From positions 11,523 through 75,522 of the forward strand of contig JAWQFM010000020.1 of NCBI GenBank assembly GCA_033442325.1: a stretch of 64,000 nt of DNA, given 5' to 3'. Positions 1-9,284 of the stretch are shown in pieces. The DNA comes from Salpingoeca rosetta (Eukaryota > Protista > Choanoflagellata). The translations under genes were made by a program, and so were the position numbers. Below the pieces are notes generated by a model. The model saw nothing but the letters and a program-made list of their open reading frames with translations, was not told the origin of the DNA and did no database searches. Every line of letters starts with the position of its first letter. Positions within the stretch are counted from its first letter, which is position 1.

Positions 1-1132
1 TTTGGCAGGGAGTACCCGCCGCTGCCGGACCGCGCCTCGTGCTTCCCCACCAGCGTGTGCGAGGAGCCCTTCATCGAGACCATCCCGCCCACGCTCACCA
101 CGGACCGCCTGTGCTCCTGCGACACGCTCACATGCAACAAGCTCGTCACGCAGTTGTTTGAGGAGATGGTGTGCGCTGACCCCACGGACGAGCAGCTCGA
201 CGTGGTGCTTGACGTGTGCTGCTCCGGCCAGGGCGAGGATGGCATCTGCGACACCATTTGCCAGATGGACGCCTACGAGGCACGCCGCTCCTGCCCAGGC
301 TGCACAGACACGTGCGAGTGCAGCGCTGGCTTCATCCTTGTCTACGACGCCGATTCGGCCGACTGTCGGCCGTGCGACAGCGTGACGGAGTTCTCCCCAT
401 CCATTGGCGGCAGCAAGTGCGAGCCCATTGAGGAGTGTGAGCGCGGCCAGGAGGAGGTCTCCGCGCCAACCCGCTCCTCGGACCGCGTGCGCCGCGACTG
501 CCCGGCCGGCACCATCGACTCGGACAGCGACGGCTCCACGGGTTGCCAGTTGTGCCCCGCTGGCCACTACACGGAGGCGGGCTCGCACGGCTCCTGCTCC
601 AGCTTCACCTGCCGCGCAGGCACCCACCACCACCACGACAGCGACCCCACCACCACGTGCATGGACGTCACAGAGTGCGCATCCGGGCATGAAGAGGTGC
701 AGGCCATGACGCTCCTCATCAGCGACCGCGTCTGCGACGAGTGCACAGAGGGCACGCACAAGGCTGTCTCTGGCCAGGGCGTGCCCTGTCTCCCCGTCAC
801 CACGTGCGACGCCGGCGAGGAGGAGACAGCCGAGCCCACCCCCACGAGCGACCGCGTGTGCAGCTAGTGCGAGCTTGGCGCCACCTTCAAGCCCGTCGAC
901 GGCCAGGCCGAGGCGTGCCGCCCCGTCACACAGTTCGGCGCGTATGAGGAAGAGATTCGCAAACTTACGCGCCAGCACGACCGCCTCTGCCGCAAGTGCG
1001 TCCAGGACACGCGCGTGCCCGTGTCGCGCTGCGCGGGCTCGGGTGCATTTTCTCGCATGGCCGCGAGCAAGTGCGAGTTTGGCACCTTCCAGAGCCAGGC
1101 ACCCACGCTCGACTCTGACCGCGAGTGCGCGG
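1..1132 (+). pseudogene. Decayed Cys-rich repeat (TNFR/GCC2-GCC3-like, 'PTxTSDRxC') surface-protein fragment; 5' part lies outside the window
   Basis: Frame 1 is open from base 1 with repeated C..G.EE...PT..SDRVC..C units. There is an in-frame TAG at 865-867 and the same repeat continues after it (CELGATFKPVDGQAEACRPVT...QAPTLDSDREC). Repeat cysteines are lost (SDRVRRDC, VTQFGA). Homology stops abruptly at ~1132. Confidence 0.75.
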
Positions 1133-1386
1133 CAGGAGGTGGTCGGGGCGCTGGTAGCGCACATTGGCACGAGGCAGGCACAGGAGGTGGACGCAGCCAT
1201 GTCTGTGCTGCTACTGTCCCTGGCCACAGGCCACCTGAAGTTGCTGCACCCGATTGCGCTCATGTTGAAGGGCACCCTGGACTGCCTGAGCACCCTGCAC
1301 TTCATCCACATTCTGCAGCTCTTCTGTGTCCTGACCACGCTCACGTTTGACCGCCAGCGCCGCCGCCGCAGGCCTCATAGGAAGAT

Positions 1387-1445
<59 letters not shown>

Positions 1446-1728
1446 ACGTGTGTGAGTGTGTTTGAGTGAGTGAGTGTGTGTGTGTGTGCGAACTTGTGCG
1501 TTGGAGAAAGTGTGTTGGAGTTAAGTCTGTCTTCCATGAAGACTGTCTCTCACCCTTTCCACACCACCGCCTGATCCCCACCACCACCACCGCAACCATT
1601 CCTTCTGCCTTGCACCCCGTGTATGACAGCTGTCTCAGTCGAATGAAGCGCTGAAACGCATCGGCACCATCGCTGCCACCACCGTCACCTGCACCTGGCT
1701 CGCTCTCGCCAGCGACATAGGCATCTCC
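1133..1728 (+). pseudogene. FANCD2: FANCD2 (Fanconi anemia D2) internal fragment, two exons (1133-1387, 1630-1728)
   Basis: [27 protein letters not shown]...MLKGTLDCLSTLHFIHILQLFCVLTTLTF resembles human FANCD2 [27 protein letters not shown]...[29 protein letters not shown] (recalled). A GT..AG intron (1388-1629) joins RKM to LSQSNEALKRIGTIAATT, matching [22 protein letters not shown]. No other FANCD2 exons were recognised. Confidence 0.75.
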
Positions 1729-2008
1729 GTGCGTTTGTGTGTTCATGCGTGCGTGTGTTTACGCCCTTGTTTTGCGCCCTTGTTTTGCGTTCACGTGAGT
1801 TCCCCGTATGGACTTGTCGTGCCCCTCCTCATCCACCACTCACCCGTCTCCTCGCCTGTCCAACAGGCAACCATCTCTCCTCTCATCTATGTCGACAAGT
1901 GCGTTCAGCTGACATGCACCGTTACCACTACGCCTCCACGTCCACGCCCAGCCACTGCCCATCCATCATCGTGGTGTCGTTTCCTCCCACGCTCCCCAGC
2001 ACCAACAG

Positions 2009-2790
2009 CCATCAAGAGCGAGCACATCTGCCGGGATGCGTGCACGGGGATGGTGGGCTCACCATCGACCACCACCGCCCACGGCCGTATGGGTTCAGGT
2101 CGCTCGCCCACCCTGGCAGGCACGTGTGGAGGGAGCCGGGACCCCAAGCGCACGTTCCAGCACAACAACACCGTCAACACGATTGTGGTTTGCGCAGACG
2201 GACGGGTGCGCCCCAAACGCGGGAGACGTGCTCTAACTTGTCGCCCGAGGACACGCGCGCGCGCGAGGTGGACAAGGACACGCACGTGGTCGTCAACGAG
2301 AAGACGCTGCAGGCGCCGTTCGAGACGAAGCTGAAGCTGCTGTCGGGGATTGCCGCCGAGTTCGCGGGCATGATGCGCAGCAAGACCGACGAGGAGACAA
2401 GACTGCGGAAGCACGCTGCCGGAACGCAGACCTCTTCACGTTCCTGACGTCGCTGCAGCCCTTTGTATGGTGGGACCTGTCGCTGGAGACGGGCGACCTG
2501 AACCCGGAGGAGGAGACGGTGGAGGAGGTGCAGCAGGAGAGTTGAGCGCATCCCCGATTGGCGTGGGCGTACGGTGACGACGTGCTGTTCCGCACGGTGG
2601 CGGACAACGAGTCTAGGCTGGCGACCCAGCCCTCCGACAAGGCTGCTGGGCGCCGTGCACGTTGAGCGGCCGAACCTGCTGCCGATGCCGCCGCACATTC
2701 ACGTGCTTATGGAACTACTTTTCCACCGGCCGCACCCTGGAGCTGATGCGTGGATGGGTTGGTGAAGTGGATGCGAGAGCCAGTGTTTGG
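2009..2790 (+). pseudogene. Frameshifted remnant of an unidentified protein-coding gene
   Basis: Coding-like GC3-rich sequence. Plausible peptides alternate among the three frames (RDPKRTFQHNNTVNTIVVC / EVDKDTHVVVNEKTLQAPFETKLKLLSGIAAEFAG / DLFTFLTSLQPFVWWDLSLETGDL / WNYFSTGRTLELMRGW), with internal stops. Confidence 0.5.
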
Positions 2791-3017
2791 TTGACGTGTG
2801 GTGTGGAAGGTTGTATGCTAGTTGCTTGTCAGCCGGTTGGATTGCGTGAAGAGTTTACTAAAGTGCCAAACAAGCAACGTCAAGCAAGTAAAAGCAAGTG
2901 GCAAGCACGTAAAGGAAAGACAGGACCAAAGGAGCAAAGAGAGAAACCAGCAAACCAGCAAGCACACACACACACACACACACAGCACACACACACACAC
3001 ACACACAGAGCACACAG

Positions 3018-5744
3018 TCAAGTGGTGGCGTTGATGCAGCTGTTGATGGCGGTGCACCAGTCTGCGAGCGAGGTGTCAGAGCGCGCGTCCATGCGGAAGA
3101 CGAATGTGCGGCCAGGAACAGCAACGTGCAGCTCTTCGTCACCATGGGCGAGCTCAGCTGATAGCACGTTGGAAAGGGAGATGCGTCGCTTGGCCGTGCT
3201 TGAAGCGGACGTGCCGTACGCGAAGTGGCCGTCGTCGTCAAGCTTGCACCAGCACGGGCGAAAGGCGGCCCTCCGTCGCACACGCTTCCGCAACCAGCCG
3301 GCCAGGGGCTGTTGTGGAGAACGCTCCTGCGGCTCAGACTCATCTGCTGCGTCTTGTTGGCCAGCCTCATCTTGCACTTGGTCATCGCCGTCCCCTTCCT
3401 GTTGCTCGTCGTCGTCGTCCTCGCCCAGGGAGGCGGCTGTGCGTGCACCGCCGTCATCGGGCTCGTCGTCACCGCGAATGCGCCGCAGATTGCGCTCCGC
3501 CTTGCGGGTGTTTGGGTGGTCTGGCCCGAGCGAGGTCGCAAAAACGTCGAGTGCCTGCTGCATGTATGAGCAGGCCTGCTCCTTGTCGCCGCGGTCGTTG
3601 TGCAGGAGGCCGATGTTATTGCACGTATCGGCCGTGTCCGGGTGCTTCACTCCCAGCGTCTCCACCGTGATGGCGAGGGCCTTCTCGTACAGCTCAATAG
3701 CCTTCTCGTACTCGCCCTTGCTGTGGTATGCCTCGCCGAGGTTGTTGTACGTCGTGGCTGTGCTCGGGTGCTTCTCGCCCAACACCACCACCGTGATGGC
3801 GAGCGCCTTCTCGTAAAACGCAATCGCCTTGTCGTAGTCGCCCTTGCTGTAGTTGGCGATGCCGAGGCCTAGATACGAATTGGCCGTGCTCGGGTGCTTC
3901 TGCCCCAGCGTCTCCACTCTGATGGCGAGCGCCTTCGCATACAACGCAATCGCCTTGTCGTAGTCGCCTTTGTCGTCGTAGGCACTGCCGAGGTTGTTGT
4001 ACGTGTCGGCTGTGCTCGGGTGCTTCTCGCCCAGCGCTTTCACCCGGATGGCGAGGGCCTTCTCGTAATAATCAATCGCTTTGCCATACTCGCCCTTGCT
4101 GCGGTAGGCGATGCCGAGGTTGTTGTACGTGTCGGCTGTGCTCGGGTGCTTCTCGCCCAGCACCTCTGCCGTGATGGCGAGGTCCTTCTCATGAAAGTGG
4201 ATGGCCTTGTCGTAGTCGCCCTTGCGTTGGTAGGCAAGGCCGAGGCCCAGATATGCGCTTGCTGTTCTCGAATGCTTCTCGCCCAACGTCTCCACCCTGA
4301 TGGCGAGCGCCTTCTCATGAAAGTGGATGGCCTTGTCGTATTGGCCCTCGCTAGAATAGACGCTGCCGAGGTTATTGTAGGTGTCGGCCGTGTTCGGGTG
4401 CTTCTCCCCCAGCGTCTCCAACCTGATGGCGAGCGCATTTTCGTACTGTTGGATGGCCGTGGCGTACTCCCCCTTGCTGTGGTATGCGGCGCTGAGATTG
4501 TTGTAGATGTCGGCCGTCTTCGGGTGCTTCTTCCCCAGCGTCTCCAACCTGATGGCGAGCGCATTCTCGTACTGTTGGATGGCCTTGGCGTACTCGCCTT
4601 TGCTGTGGTATGCGGCACCGAGGCTGTTGTACGTGTCGGCTGTGCTCGGGTGCTTCTCGCCCAGCACCTCCACCGTGATGGCGAGCGCCTTCTCATAGAA
4701 CGCAATCGCCTTCTCGTACTTGCCCTTGCTGTAGTTGGCGATGCCGAGGTTGTTGTACAACGCCGCCACGTTCCCCCCTTTCTCCCCCTCGGTGCGCAGG
4801 CGAATTGGCAGTGCTGCTTTGTAGAATGTAATGGCCTTGTCGTGCTCGCCAAAGTCGTTCAGCACCAGCCCAACCTGGTTGCACAGCCCCGCGAAGGCGT
4901 CAGTGCTGTCCTCGCCTCGTGCTCGCATTGCTTCGACGGCACCCACCGCCTTTTGCAGGCACCACGCGCGCAGCTGGTCCTTCACGGCCTGGTTGACGGC
5001 ACCAAAACCGCCAGCCCACGACTCGATCGCCGTGAAGATCATGTGTTTGTCGTGTGGATTGAAGGCGTCGGCCCGCTCAGCCTGCACGCGCACCAGCATA
5101 TCAGTCACCACCTTCGAGCGTTCTCGGATTGCCTCTTCCAGCGCCTTCTCCTCGCTGTTGGGTAGTTGGATGGTGACCTCTGTGCCCTCGTTACTGATGC
5201 CACAGAAGATCTCCCACAAACACCACGCGCGTGTCAAGGGAACAGGGTCTCGCCACGGCATGAGCACCAGCAGCACATGGCCAATGTTGGCAATCGACTG
5301 CTTGAACGTCGTGCTCCACCTGGGTGTCGAGAAAGGAAAAGGGGGAAGGATGGAGGGAAAAGGAAGACAGGGAGGCAAGGGGAGAGGTTGCAGTTCTTGT
5401 GAGGGAACAGTGTGCGTGTGTCTGTGTACGTGTGCGTGTGGCAGTGGTTGTTGAAGGGCACAAGAGTTACACACACACACACATATGCACACACACACAC
5501 ACACACACACACNNNNNNNNNNNNNNNNNNNNNNNNNNNNNNNNNNNNNNNNNNNNNNNNNNNNNNNNNNNNNNNNNNNNNNNNNNNNNNNNNNNNNNNN
5601 NNNNNNNNNNNNGCACAACCAGTGCTGCAAGCATCCTCCGTGGTCATCTCCAGCGTACGTGTCGGGGAACTCGCGCTTCAGGTCATCCAGGAACCGCCGC
5701 ACAGCTGCCACGGACACGCCGTGCGTCAGTCGCTGGTCAGCCAT
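3018..5744 (-). CDS. N-terminal TIR/HET-like domain + 11 kinesin-light-chain-type 42-aa TPRs + acidic linker + C-terminal PH domain
   Basis: ATG at 5744 (MADQRLTHGVSV). Large exon 5319-3018 with WSTTFKQSIANIGHVLLVLMPWRDPVPLTRAWCLWEI, eleven TYNNLG.AY..KG.YDKAI..YEKALAI....LGEKHPSTA repeats, then LAGWLRKR...W...RTFVFR....LADWCTAI (PH). Part of the N-terminus lies in the gap at 5513-5612, and there are apparent indels next to the gap. Confidence 0.85.
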   Translation of the reverse strand: MADQRLTHGVSVAAVRRFLDDLKREFPDTYAGDDHGGCLQHWLCXXXXXXXXXXXXXXXXXXXXXXXXXXXXXXXXXXVCVCVCVCICVCVCNSCALQQPLPHAHVHRHTHTVPSQELQPLPLPPCLPFPSILPPFPFSTPRWSTTFKQSIANIGHVLLVLMPWRDPVPLTRAWCLWEIFCGISNEGTEVTIQLPNSEEKALEEAIRERSKVVTDMLVRVQAERADAFNPHDKHMIFTAIESWAGGFGAVNQAVKDQLRAWCLQKAVGAVEAMRARGEDSTDAFAGLCNQVGLVLNDFGEHDKAITFYKAALPIRLRTEGEKGGNVAALYNNLGIANYSKGKYEKAIAFYEKALAITVEVLGEKHPSTADTYNSLGAAYHSKGEYAKAIQQYENALAIRLETLGKKHPKTADIYNNLSAAYHSKGEYATAIQQYENALAIRLETLGEKHPNTADTYNNLGSVYSSEGQYDKAIHFHEKALAIRVETLGEKHSRTASAYLGLGLAYQRKGDYDKAIHFHEKDLAITAEVLGEKHPSTADTYNNLGIAYRSKGEYGKAIDYYEKALAIRVKALGEKHPSTADTYNNLGSAYDDKGDYDKAIALYAKALAIRVETLGQKHPSTANSYLGLGIANYSKGDYDKAIAFYEKALAITVVVLGEKHPSTATTYNNLGEAYHSKGEYEKAIELYEKALAITVETLGVKHPDTADTCNNIGLLHNDRGDKEQACSYMQQALDVFATSLGPDHPNTRKAERNLRRIRGDDEPDDGGARTAASLGEDDDDEQQEGDGDDQVQDEAGQQDAADESEPQERSPQQPLAGWLRKRVRRRAAFRPCWCKLDDDGHFAYGTSASSTAKRRISLSNVLSAELAHGDEELHVAVPGRTFVFRMDARSDTSLADWCTAINSCINATT
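3494..4890 (-). repeat. Coding tandem array of ~126-bp TPR units (11 copies)
   Basis: Recurrent 'gtgctcgggtgcttctcgcccag' and 'gatggcgagcgccttctc' at 126-bp spacing. Confidence 0.9.
5513..5612. other. Assembly gap (100 N)
   Basis: Run of N flanked by a (CA)n tract. Confidence 1.
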
Positions 5745-5845
5745 GGCTCTGTGTGTGTGTGGAGCCTGAGGAGCGTTGTTGGGGGGTTGTGGGGGTTTGG
5801 TTGGAGGTCAACCGCTCAGTGGGCAATCCGTGTGGCGCGGACGGT

Positions 5846-5875
5846 GGGCTTGAGGGCTTGAGGGCTTGAGGGCTT
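5846..5875. repeat. (GAGGGCTT) x ~4 in the divergent intergenic region
   Basis: gggctt gagggctt gagggctt gagggctt. Confidence 0.8.
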
Positions 5876-6364
5876 GGTGGCGCGGGGCGAGGTGCCAGGA
5901 AGAGGAGACGATCGAGGAGATGGTCGAGGTGGGAGAGACAAACAGGGAGAGGGGGGAAGAGGGGAGTGGGGGTTGTGCTGGTTTGGTTGGAGGGGAAGGG
6001 GAGAAAGAGAAGAGTGGCAAGGATTGGTTGGTTGGTTGTTGTGGTTGCAGTGCACACAAGAGAGGAAGAGAGAAGGAAAAGCAAAACTGGAGGAGGGGGG
6101 TGTGGCTTTCGCCTTTTTTTTTTTTTTTTTTGTTTGGTTGGTGGGTGGGAACAACAACAAAGGAGACGAAACACACAGACAGAGGAGAGAGTGCCCACCA
6201 GCTTTTTTTTTGTTTTGGTTGGGGGATCTGGTGGAGCACGCAAGGCTGGTCGAGTCGCTCAGCTCTTCGCTTCGCTAACCACAAAAGAGCAGCTGATAGT
6301 GAGTGCGAGAAGCTGGTGGTCTGGTTGCAACGAAGAACACGCTTCCATTGTGGTGAGTGTTGAT

Positions 6365-7594
6365 ATGCTTCACCAACTGCTCCTCCTTCCCCTCCTCCTT
6401 GTGTTGTTCTGCGGCAGTGGGTGCCATGGCGAGGCTGTGCTGAGGGAGGACAGCACCGGTGCACTGCACATCAACACAACAGATGCAGCGACACAGCCCG
6501 TGTTCCTGAACGGCGTGAATGTGGCGTCGTTGTTCAAGCTGGCCAGCCAGCAGCACGCCACCATCCAGGCGCAGCAGGCGCGGATCAGCGCCCTCACTGC
6601 CGCTGTGTGTCAGCAATACCCGCCCACGTTGGACTTGACCACGCTCACGGACGTTGGGTCAAGCTCTTCCCAGTGGATCGGCGGCGTGCTTGCAGGCAAC
6701 GGCAAGATTTACGGCATTCCCTACCGCGCACCCTCCGTGCTAGTGATCGATCCCGACTCCAACACGACCGACACAACAACCATCTCTGGCTTTGCAGCGG
6801 GCGGTGACAAGTGGGGCGGTGGCGTGCTCGCCAACAATGGCCTGATCTACGCGTTCCCGCATGGTGCCGATTCCGTGCTGATCATCGACCCCGGCACGGA
6901 CACGGCGGATGCAACGACGCTGTCGGGGCTGAACGAGCTCGCGGGCGCCAGCAAGTGGCTGAGCGGCGTCCTCGTTCCAGAGACTGGCTTGATCTACGCT
7001 GTGCCGTGGTATGCTTCCTCTGTTCTCATCCTCGACCCAGACACCAACACGACCGACGTGACCACGATCGCAGGGCTTGGCGGGGCTTGCTGTAAGTGGT
7101 ATGGTGCTGTTGTGGCCAAGAACGGGCGCATTTACGCCCTTCCTTCAACCGCGGGCGTGGTGCTCATCATAGACCCGACGACCAACACCGCGGACACGAC
7201 CAGCATCTCACAGCTGTCGGGTGGCAGCAGTTGGCAAGGCACGGTGCTGGCAAACGACGGCCGCATCTTCGGCATCCCTTATCACTCCTCAGACGTGCTC
7301 ATCGTGGACCCCGACACAGACACTGCAGACATCACCACCATCTCCGGCATCTCCTCTGCACGCGACAAGTGGATCGGCGGGGTTGTGGTGCCAGATGGCC
7401 GCATCCTTGCGCTGCCCTACCTCGCGCCAAACGTACTGATCATTGATCCCTTGACCAACACCGCCGACACGACCACGCTCTCTGGCCTGACGAGCGGCTA
7501 CAAGTGGTGGAGCGGCATTCTCGCCAGCAATGGCTTCATCTATGGCATTCCCCGCGACAGCCACAGCGTGATCATCGTAGACCCCGGGTGCTGA
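6365..7594 (+). CDS. Intronless secreted protein: signal peptide, short beta-rich/coiled-coil neck, seven ~45-aa repeats (predicted 7-bladed beta-propeller)
   Basis: ATG at 6365 gives MLHQLLLLPLLLVLFCGSGCHG (signal peptide). Seven copies of KW.GGVLA.NG.IY..P.....VLIIDP.TNTADTTT..GL follow. TGA at 7592-7594. Confidence 0.9.
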   Translation: MLHQLLLLPLLLVLFCGSGCHGEAVLREDSTGALHINTTDAATQPVFLNGVNVASLFKLASQQHATIQAQQARISALTAAVCQQYPPTLDLTTLTDVGSSSSQWIGGVLAGNGKIYGIPYRAPSVLVIDPDSNTTDTTTISGFAAGGDKWGGGVLANNGLIYAFPHGADSVLIIDPGTDTADATTLSGLNELAGASKWLSGVLVPETGLIYAVPWYASSVLILDPDTNTTDVTTIAGLGGACCKWYGAVVAKNGRIYALPSTAGVVLIIDPTTNTADTTSISQLSGGSSWQGTVLANDGRIFGIPYHSSDVLIVDPDTDTADITTISGISSARDKWIGGVVVPDGRILALPYLAPNVLIIDPLTNTADTTTLSGLTSGYKWWSGILASNGFIYGIPRDSHSVIIVDPGC

Positions 7595-7816
7595 CCGCAC
7601 CGGCAGTGGTGTGCGCTGCAAGGGGTTTACTGGGAAGGACGCTGACGTTTACATGCTTTGTGTGTGGGTGTGGGTGTTTGGTGTGTGTGTGTGTGTGTGT
7701 GTGTGTGCATGTATGTGTGTGTGCATGTATGTGTATGTGTGTCCGTGTGCGTCTGTGTGTGTGTATGTGTGTCTGTGTGCGTCTGTGTGCGTGTGTGTGT
7801 GTGCGCGCGCATGTGT

Positions 7817-7878
<62 letters not shown>

Positions 7879-8455
7879 CTGCATTTATGTGTGTGTGTCT
7901 GTGTCCGTTGTTAGTTGGGGATACCTTTGCTGCTGCTTTGCGCGTACAGGGCGACCAACAGACGCGTTGCGTTTCAGCACAACGCTTAGTGCCATGTCCC
8001 ACTCCCACGCGTAGCCTCGCACTTGGATGTTGATTTGCTTTTGGTTTGAGTGGGTCCTTTGCCCGTGGAAGCGTAGTGCAGTAGTGCAGCCTTTCTGCTT
8101 CCGCTCCCTTCCTTCCTTCCTCATCCGTGTTGTTTTGTTTGCTTCCTTTGATTGCATTGCTTGCACGCTACGCACGGAGGCAATTTGCTAACTTGACTTC
8201 TTCTTTCCCTCCTGCCTTGCTTCGTTGCGTGTTACCTTCTACCTTCCCTTTTACTTCGTTCCTTCGTCTTCCTCTTCGTTCTCCCGTATTCGTTGCTTGC
8301 ACGCTCCGTCCTTCCTTTTACCTTTCCTTTCTCGGGGAGCTGCCCTTTTAAGAAGTACAGTGAAGCAGACGAAGAGATGAAGGGTAAGGCACAACGCGGG
8401 TGGCGTGTGCTATGTTGTAAGCTCGCGTTTGCATCTACACACACACACACACACA

Positions 8456-8538
<83 letters not shown>

Positions 8539-9002
8539 GCGCACACACAAGCGCGCACACGCACACACACACACACCACATCCGACAGCACAAATTCATT
8601 TTCTCGTGTCGCCGCTGTCGTGGTTCGTTGCCGTATTTGTTTGCTCGATGCACGCTTCCAGTTTGCTTGCTTGCTTCTTTGCTTTGTTGGAACGTCCGTC
8701 GCATGCATCGCATGCACACGCACACATCACTGTGCTCGCTACGTCTACCACTACTGGTACTGGCACTGACGTGTGGCTCTCCACACGCTCACCTGCGATA
8801 TTCCATCATCACACACGTCTGATTGCGCGCTTGCCTTCTTGCCTGTCGGTTACGGCTGTCAGTATCTCATCATCGACAAACGAGCGTGTCCACCCACAGA
8901 CAGCCGCAACACAGGTATTGTCGTGTTCCTCAACAGCACCGCTTGTGTGTGTGTGCGTGTGTATGGCACAAGCATGCGATTAGCTGTTTGCACGTGCCTC
9001 AT

Positions 9003-9050
9003 CACATGTCCACGTGTCCACGTGTCCACGTGTCCACGTGTCCACGTGTC
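9003..9050. promoter_or_regulatory. Tandem E-box/G-box array: five perfect CACGTGTC plus one variant, ~235 bp upstream of the TMEM39-like ATG
   Basis: cacatgtc(cacgtgtc)5 is seen directly; the regulatory role is inferred. Confidence 0.45.
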
Positions 9051-9284
9051 AGCCCGCACGCGACAGTGCTTGCCACGTGCACAACCAGCGCCTGTTACGC
9101 AAGCCAGACACACGTCGTCCCCTCTCTGCCTCCACTTTCTCCCATCACTCCCATATTCACATACGTGCACATACACACACGCGCACGCGCATGCACGCAA
9201 AGCCTCATTTCCTCATCCCCTGCGTACCAACCCTGTTTTTCGTTTCACAGCACATTGAGCGCACGCACGCACGTACGCACACGC

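Noticed and set aside
865-867. TAG read-through or stop-codon reassignment in the Cys-rich gene
   Set aside because: Other lesions accompany it (lost cysteines, truncation at ~1132), and TAG terminates intact genes here (36637-36639, 61568-61570). Pseudogenisation is the simpler explanation.
3494-4890. Regularly spaced DNA repeats resembling a CRISPR array
   Set aside because: The 126-bp period is in frame and encodes TPRs; there are no unique spacers or cas genes, and the context is eukaryotic.
3894-5165. 423-aa plus-strand ORF and other ORFs overlapping the TPR gene
   Set aside because: Antisense shadows of a GC3-rich repetitive coding exon.
5613-5660. Programmed frameshift in the TPR gene first exon (TYAGDDHGG versus EMTTEDAC)
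   Set aside because: The indels lie within ~45 bp of a contig end, so sequencing error is likely, and no slippery site is evident.
5846-5875. Telomere-like repeat
   Set aside because: The unit is an 8-mer (GAGGGCTT), not TTAGGG, and there are only four copies.
5966-6364. N-terminal extension of the 542-aa ORF
   Set aside because: Non-ATG start and low-complexity promoter/UTR sequence; the signal peptide begins at ATG 6365.
7504-8983. Many ORFs rich in VCVC/HTHT, here and throughout the window
   Set aside because: These are translations of (GT)n/(CA)n microsatellites in introns and intergenic DNA.
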